Source: Nitrospinota bacterium
Lineage (GTDB): Bacteria > Nitrospinota > Nitrospinia > Nitrospinales > VA-1
NCBI GenBank assembly: GCA_038108555.1
Contig: JAYNIA010000007.1
Coordinates: 69,838 to 93,507, forward strand
Length of the DNA stretch: 23,670 nucleotides
Reading direction: 5' to 3'
Below the pieces are notes generated by a model that saw only the letters and a list, made by a program, of their open reading frames with translations, was not told the DNA's origin and ran no database searches. Both the position numbers and the translations under genes were made by a program. Within the stretch, counting starts at the first letter, position 1, and each line of letters starts with the position of its first letter. Positions 18,583-23,670 of the stretch are shown here, piece by piece.

Positions 18583-19581
18583 ATGCGAAAAGAACTGATT
18601 GACGACATGGTCGAAACAGCTCTTCAGGGGGAGTCTATTTCCACTGATCAAGCCTTGAAACTGGAAACTTTCACTCACGAAGAATTGGATTATCTTTTAT
18701 TGGGGACCGATCGCATCCGTGACCGGTTTAAGGGCGATGATGTAAAAATCTGCTCCATCGTCAACGCCAAGTCCGGGCGTTGCGTTGAAGACTGTTCATT
18801 TTGCGCCCAATCGAGTTCATATAAAACCGATTCTCCGGAATTTGAACTGATGAGTGTGGATGAAATTGTGGCAGCAGCCAAAGAAGCAGAAGCTTTCGGT
18901 GCCAATGAATTTTCCATTGTCGCCTCCGGTACCAAGATGAACGACAAAAAAGAACTGGACCGGGTTAAAGAGGCTGTCAAAAGGATAAAAGCTGAAACCA
19001 ATCTCGAAACCTGCTGTTCCTTGGGACTGATGGACCTTGAGGACTTAAAGGAACTAAAAGAGGCAGGGCTTGATCGCTGCCATCACAACCTGGAGACTGC
19101 TGCCAGCTTCTTCGACAAAATTGTAACCACGCACACCTATGAAGATGAAGTTAAGGCAGTTCAAAACGCCAAATCTGTCGGATTAGATGTTTGTGTCGGC
19201 GGAATTTTTGGAATGGGCGAAACATTTGCGCAAAGGGTGGAGCTTGCTTTTTCTATCAAGGAACTGGGAACTCAATCTCTTCCCGTCAATTTCTTAAAAC
19301 CCATTGAAGGCACTGCCTTGGATCATTTGGAAACCATCCAATATTACGATGCGCTCAAAACTATTGCCTTGCTTCGACTGGTCCTGCCAAAAATAGATTT
19401 ATTTGTTTGTGGTGGCAGGGAAGAGGTAATGATGGACAAGCAGGAACATTTATTCTCTGCAGGAGCCAATGGAATTCTGGGCGGCAATTACCTGACAACC
19501 AAAGGCCAGGACCCTAAGAGGGATATTGAAATGATCCAGAGTCTGGGCCTTAAACCCGTCACCAGCGTTCCACAAGATTAA
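18583..19581 (+). CDS. bioB: Biotin synthase (radical SAM)
   Basis: NAKSGRCVEDCSFCAQS (CxxxCxxC), HHNLET, GGIFGMGE, PVNFL, GGRE and GNYLTT motifs. Confidence 0.93.
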   Translation: MRKELIDDMVETALQGESISTDQALKLETFTHEELDYLLLGTDRIRDRFKGDDVKICSIVNAKSGRCVEDCSFCAQSSSYKTDSPEFELMSVDEIVAAAKEAEAFGANEFSIVASGTKMNDKKELDRVKEAVKRIKAETNLETCCSLGLMDLEDLKELKEAGLDRCHHNLETAASFFDKIVTTHTYEDEVKAVQNAKSVGLDVCVGGIFGMGETFAQRVELAFSIKELGTQSLPVNFLKPIEGTALDHLETIQYYDALKTIALLRLVLPKIDLFVCGGREEVMMDKQEHLFSAGANGILGGNYLTTKGQDPKRDIEMIQSLGLKPVTSVPQD

Positions 19582-19587
19582 AGGATT

Positions 19588-19609
19588 TGCAGACCCCTTG
19601 GGGTCTGCA
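19588..19609. terminator. Perfect inverted repeat between convergent bioB and ferredoxin genes; possible bidirectional terminator or 3' stabiliser
   Basis: TGCAGACCCC-tt-GGGGTCTGCA; no clear U-tract on either side. Confidence 0.5.
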
Positions 19610-19612
19610 GCA

Positions 19613-19939
19613 TTATCCCCAAAGCTCGTCAGGAATTTCTAATCGATCGACTTTTTTACCTTGCCCTACATGTTGATCGAGAATTTCATCTACATCTTCA
19701 GGCTTAACTTTTTGGTACCAAACTCCATCAGGATATACAATCACCACTGGCCCGACTCCGCAAGGTCCAATACAACCTGTGTTGGTTACCGTACATTTTC
19801 CAAACAGGCCCTTTTGCTCGACTCCCATAGCCAGTTTTTCGAAAACAGAATTGGAACCGTTCTCACCACAAGAGCCACGTGGATGTCCAGGAGGTCGGCT
19901 GTTGGTACAAACTAAAATATGATAACTTGGTTTCGGCAT
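19613..19939 (-). CDS. Thioredoxin-like [2Fe-2S] ferredoxin
   Basis: HILVCTNSRPPGHPRGSC...TGCIGPC..GPVVIVYPDGVWY pattern, as in Aquifex/Clostridium-type 2Fe-2S ferredoxins; GGAG SD. Confidence 0.95.
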   Translation of the reverse strand: MPKPSYHILVCTNSRPPGHPRGSCGENGSNSVFEKLAMGVEQKGLFGKCTVTNTGCIGPCGVGPVVIVYPDGVWYQKVKPEDVDEILDQHVGQGKKVDRLEIPDELWG

Positions 19940-20021
19940 TTGAAAATCTCCGCTTTGGTTTAATTAAAGAACTGAATGCTACATTAGATGTTTGATAATT
20001 GAAATAGATTTTTTTTTACGA

Positions 20022-21074
20022 ATGAAAAATTCAAGCAACGACTTTGGACGTTTTGACAAGGAATATTTGACTTCCTGGCTTGACCCGTTTGCCAATGGGC
20101 CCGTTTCACATTTAGAATGCTCTCTCCTCAAAGGGGATGCCTCAAATAGAAAATATTTCAGAGCCACCTATCGCACTAATTCTTCACCGGAAACATCGAA
20201 TTCAATCATCATAATGCAATTGGCTGAAATGGAAACCGACCCGGATTTCAACTACCTGCAGAAGTTCCTCAAAGAAATGAATATACCCGTACCTGATATT
20301 TTCCGTTTCGATGATGAGCGGGGGCTAATGTTCCTAATGGACTGCGGAGATACTCATCTAGCGGATAAAGTGGAAACAGAACCAGAAGAAATAAACCATT
20401 GGTATCAAAAAGCGATAGATATAATCGTGGCCTTCCATACTCGCGCGACGGAAAACCTGAAGTCCGATTGTCCTGCTTATGGTTTATTCTTCGACGAAGA
20501 AAAACTGATGTGGGAAATGGATTTTATGCTGGAACATTATGTGCATGGCATGCTGAAAAACAATTTAGTCGCCGGGGAAAAAGACCAACTCCGCGAATCA
20601 CTGGCTTCACTTTGCAAAACGTTGTCGGAGCAAGAAAGGGTTTTCACTCACAGGGATTATCATTCGCGAAATATTATGGTCCATAATGGTATGTTAAGGG
20701 TGATTGACTTCCAGGATGCACGGATGGGTCCGTGCCAATACGATCTGGTTTCTCTCTTAAAAGACTCTTATATCGTTCTTGAAGATCCTGTCCGAGAGGA
20801 ACTTTTGCAGTACTATATAAATCGCATGAAACAAAACGGGAAGGATATTGACATGGACTCCTTTCGCAAAATTTTTGACTGGATGTCGGTCCAAAGAAAT
20901 TTGAAGGCGGTGGGCACTTTTGCCTACCAGTCAACGAAACTGGGAAACGATCGGTACCTGCAATATATCGAACCAACCCTGGAATATGTAAGAAGAACAC
21001 TTGAAAACCGTAGCGACCTGGAGTTTCTTATTTCTCCACTTAATTCAGCCATCCCGGATTTAAAAGCAAGTTAA
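20022..21074 (+). CDS. APH-family phosphotransferase, AmgK-like (anomeric MurNAc/GlcNAc kinase)
   Basis: GDASNRKYFR, HRDYHSRNIM, IDFQDARMGP..YDLVSLL and QRNLKAVGTF motifs. ATG 20022 preferred. Confidence 0.88.
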   Translation: MKNSSNDFGRFDKEYLTSWLDPFANGPVSHLECSLLKGDASNRKYFRATYRTNSSPETSNSIIIMQLAEMETDPDFNYLQKFLKEMNIPVPDIFRFDDERGLMFLMDCGDTHLADKVETEPEEINHWYQKAIDIIVAFHTRATENLKSDCPAYGLFFDEEKLMWEMDFMLEHYVHGMLKNNLVAGEKDQLRESLASLCKTLSEQERVFTHRDYHSRNIMVHNGMLRVIDFQDARMGPCQYDLVSLLKDSYIVLEDPVREELLQYYINRMKQNGKDIDMDSFRKIFDWMSVQRNLKAVGTFAYQSTKLGNDRYLQYIEPTLEYVRRTLENRSDLEFLISPLNSAIPDLKAS

Positions 21075-21100
21075 ATTCCGAACTTTATAGAAATCTGTTT

Positions 21101-22201
21101 ATGACAATGTTAAGGCGATATGTTTTGGGTCAGTTTGTAAAGATATATTTACTGACTGCCAGCGGATTGATTGGAATTTTTCTAATTGTGGACTTTTTTG
21201 AGAGAATCGATGAGTTCCTTGCCAAAGATGCTCCCATGATTGACTTGGTCTCCTATTATGTTTTTAAAGTTCCCTTCATTGCTTTTTATATGGCACCGCA
21301 AGGGGTGCTCTTGGCCACTGTTATTACCCTGGCCTCGTTGGCAAGAAACAACGAGTTCACCGCCATGAAAGCCTGTGGCATAAGTATCACCGGAATTACT
21401 TTTCCGATCATTGGCGCATCGGTGGTTATTGCATTATTGATCCTTGCCAGTAGCGAATTTTTATCGCCGATAACCAACCAGAAAATGAACTACATTTTTA
21501 TGGGGAAAATTCAGGCACGCGCTTCTTATGGAGCCATTCCAACTGAAAACCTTTGGTTCAAATCAAAAAACGGCGACATCTGGAATATTAAGTACTTTGA
21601 TCCCTACAAATCCCGTTTGGAAGAGGTGATAGTCTTAACTCCGGGAATCGATAATTCCATCATTCAACGAATTGATGCGCGCGAAGCAGTCTGGTCGATT
21701 AATAAATGGGAATTTATCGATGGCTATATCCGGAAATTCAATAAATCGGGAATTGCTTCTACAAAATATTTTGATAAAAAATTTGTAGCCACCCCTGAAT
21801 CACCAAAAAATTTATCCAAAGCCCACAGGCGACCGGAAGAAATGAGTCTCAGCGGATTGTACAAGGAAATCCAGACCAACAACTTGGAGGGCAAGGACAC
21901 CTCGATGAAATGGATAGAATTGCATCGACATATTTCCTACCCATTCATAAGTGTGGTCATGGCTCTTCTTGCAATTCCGTTGTCCATTCGATCCAGCAGG
22001 CATGGGGGCCTTTTGTTTTGTGTGGGAGTTAATATTACCATGGGCTTTGTATTTTCTTTTATTTATGCGATGAGCATCTCGCTTGGAAAAGGAGGAACGT
22101 TCGACCCCATTCTTGCGGCCTGGGGACCCAACGTGTTGTTTACTGTTTTAGGATTCTATCTTCTGCTGACGATGGACAGTGAAAAAGCCTTTCCCATTTA
22201 G
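21101..22201 (+). CDS. lptG: LPS export ABC transporter permease (LptF/LptG family, LptG-like)
   Basis: LRRYV N-terminus, LARNNEFTAMKACGIS, a periplasmic beta domain and C-terminal AAWGPN. Confidence 0.85.
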   Translation: MTMLRRYVLGQFVKIYLLTASGLIGIFLIVDFFERIDEFLAKDAPMIDLVSYYVFKVPFIAFYMAPQGVLLATVITLASLARNNEFTAMKACGISITGITFPIIGASVVIALLILASSEFLSPITNQKMNYIFMGKIQARASYGAIPTENLWFKSKNGDIWNIKYFDPYKSRLEEVIVLTPGIDNSIIQRIDAREAVWSINKWEFIDGYIRKFNKSGIASTKYFDKKFVATPESPKNLSKAHRRPEEMSLSGLYKEIQTNNLEGKDTSMKWIELHRHISYPFISVVMALLAIPLSIRSSRHGGLLFCVGVNITMGFVFSFIYAMSISLGKGGTFDPILAAWGPNVLFTVLGFYLLLTMDSEKAFPI

Positions 22202-22207
22202 TTGCCC

Positions 22208-23134
22208 ATGAAAAAAATTGCATCCATTGATATCGGGTCTAACACCGTTCGATTACTCATTCTGGAATCCAAAAACAATCGCGATTTTAACTTGCTGGTT
22301 TCCAAAAGGGAAATCACCCGTCTCGGTGAAGGCATGGACACCCAGGGGAAGCTTGCGGACCTTAGGATACAAAACACGCTGAAAGTGCTCAGCGATTTCC
22401 GGCAAACCTGCCTTGAAAATGGCGACCCTCCCCTATTCGCAGTGGCAACCAGTGCGGTTCGAGAGGCTTCCAATGGTAAGGAGTTTGTCCAACTTGCAAA
22501 AGCCCAAACAGGAATAGACATCAAAATCATTCCCTGGGAAGAGGAAGCTCGTCTGACTCTCGAAGGAGTGTTCTGGAAAATTTCGGACGAAAATCGAAAA
22601 ACAATCACCTTGGATATCGGCGGGGGAAGTACCGAATTCATTTTGTCCGAAGGAAAAAATATAAAAGGATTTTGCAGTACTCCTTTGGGTGTGGTGAGGT
22701 TGACTGAAAAATACATTAGTCAACACCCTGTTGATGAAAAAGAATTTCAACACTTGCAAACTCATTTAGAAAAAGAACTGAGATTGGTGAAAAAAAAATT
22801 ATCCACGTTTTCTCCTGAGGTACTTATAGGTACCGCAGGAACCGTGACCACATTGGCAGCATTAAAGAACAATATTTATCCCTACGATCCCGAAAAAATT
22901 CATGGTTCCCAATTTTCTTTCACAGAGGCGGAATCTATTTTGAAAGACCTGAAAGGAAAATCTCTTGACCAGCGTCTGCAATTAAAAGCGCTTGAGCGCG
23001 GTCGTGAAGATTTGATAATTGCAGGTACGGCAATTGTTCTGGAAACCATGCGGACCTTCGGTTGTGATTCTCTCACCGTCAGCGAGTACAGCCTGCGCGA
23101 AGGCATCATATTAAATGCTTTGAACAAAAGTTAG
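22208..23134 (+). CDS. ppx: Ppx/GppA family phosphatase, short form
   Basis: IDIGSNTVRL, ATSAVREA, EEA, DIGGGSTE, GTAGT, GREDLI and LREG motifs; no C-terminal HD-like domain. Confidence 0.9.
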   Translation: MKKIASIDIGSNTVRLLILESKNNRDFNLLVSKREITRLGEGMDTQGKLADLRIQNTLKVLSDFRQTCLENGDPPLFAVATSAVREASNGKEFVQLAKAQTGIDIKIIPWEEEARLTLEGVFWKISDENRKTITLDIGGGSTEFILSEGKNIKGFCSTPLGVVRLTEKYISQHPVDEKEFQHLQTHLEKELRLVKKKLSTFSPEVLIGTAGTVTTLAALKNNIYPYDPEKIHGSQFSFTEAESILKDLKGKSLDQRLQLKALERGREDLIIAGTAIVLETMRTFGCDSLTVSEYSLREGIILNALNKS

Positions 23135-23195
23135 GCGTTGAACCCCAAAAACCCCATAACGTTTTGACAAAAAAGACCTTTTTAGAAGAATGGGT

Positions 23196-23224
23196 TTGAC
23201 TTCAAGGGTCAATTTCGCTAAAGT
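23196..23224 (+). promoter_or_regulatory. Putative sigma70 promoter of ilvB
   Basis: TTGACT-17 nt-TAAAGT. Confidence 0.55.
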
Positions 23225-23238
23225 TTTTCTTCGCCATC

Positions 23239-23289
23239 CCTTCTGGATCAAGCCCGATTGAGTGCAAATTCGGATGTGTCAGTAGAAGG
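23239..23289 (+). promoter_or_regulatory. Structured 5' leader (long imperfect hairpin) of ilvB
   Basis: CCTTCT/AGAAGG outer stem with inner GAT/GTC, CCGA/TCGG and TTG/CAA pairings. Confidence 0.35.
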
Positions 23290-23329
23290 AAGCCCCCGTA
23301 TTATTCAAAAAATGAATTAAATCAAGTCA

Positions 23330-23670
23330 ATGGCTACAAAAAATAAAAATTCAGCAAAGAAAAAGGCTCTGAAGCCTACCAAATCCTCTGGACACCCAAT
23401 GAAGGGACGGGATATTCTCGTAAAAGCACTAGAGAATGAAGGTGTCACGGTAATTTTCGGCTATCCGGGCGGAGCTTCCATGGAAATCCACCAGGGCCTG
23501 ACTCTATCTAAAAAAATCCGAATGGTTTTACCGCGTCATGAGCAAGGTGGATCTTTTGCTGCCAGCGGCTATGCCCGGGCAACAGGGGATGTTGGTGTTT
23601 GCCTGGCAACTTCAGGACCGGGAGCAACCAACCTGATTACAGGAATTATTGATGCCAAAATGGATTCTAT
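23330..23670 (+). CDS. ilvB: Acetolactate synthase large subunit (5' part, runs off the window)
   Basis: Read by hand: MATKNK...[34 protein letters not shown]...VLPRHEQGG...[21 protein letters not shown]. Confidence 0.95.
   Translation, partial: MATKNKNSAKKKALKPTKSSGHPMKGRDILVKALENEGVTVIFGYPGGASMEIHQGLTLSKKIRMVLPRHEQGGSFAASGYARATGDVGVCLATSGPGATNLITGIIDAKMDS

Overview
Gene-dense bacterial chromosomal window of mostly housekeeping genes from a diderm organism. The gene style suggests Nitrospinota or a deltaproteobacteria-like lineage, but this is inference only. Order: a truncated gene end; an unannotated 57-aa Lys-rich protein (minus) divergent from priA-yqaA(DedA)-cutA; msrP flanked by two copies of a C/G-tract palindromic mini-element; a small exported protein; a Gly-zipper membrane protein; pntB-pntA; a four-gene minus operon (single-TM protein, DUF4149-like protein, Cys-less FGE-fold protein, tandem-domain thyX); aroA; an AT-richer O-antigen-ligase/methyltransferase pair; a yyaL-like gene; bioB; a 2Fe-2S ferredoxin; an amgK-like kinase; lptG; a short ppx/gppA; and the 5' end of ilvB. 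I see no rRNA, tRNA, CRISPR array, transposase or prophage, and no clear-cut new multi-gene system. Best leads: (i) a BioB whose auxiliary-cluster ligands deviate from the canonical Cys3-Arg set, (ii) the small basic SH3-like protein missed by the ORF track, (iii) the msrP-flanking mini-repeats, one with a 39-nt loop insertion and one possibly translated in-frame, and (iv) a plant-like AHAS with a structured leader.
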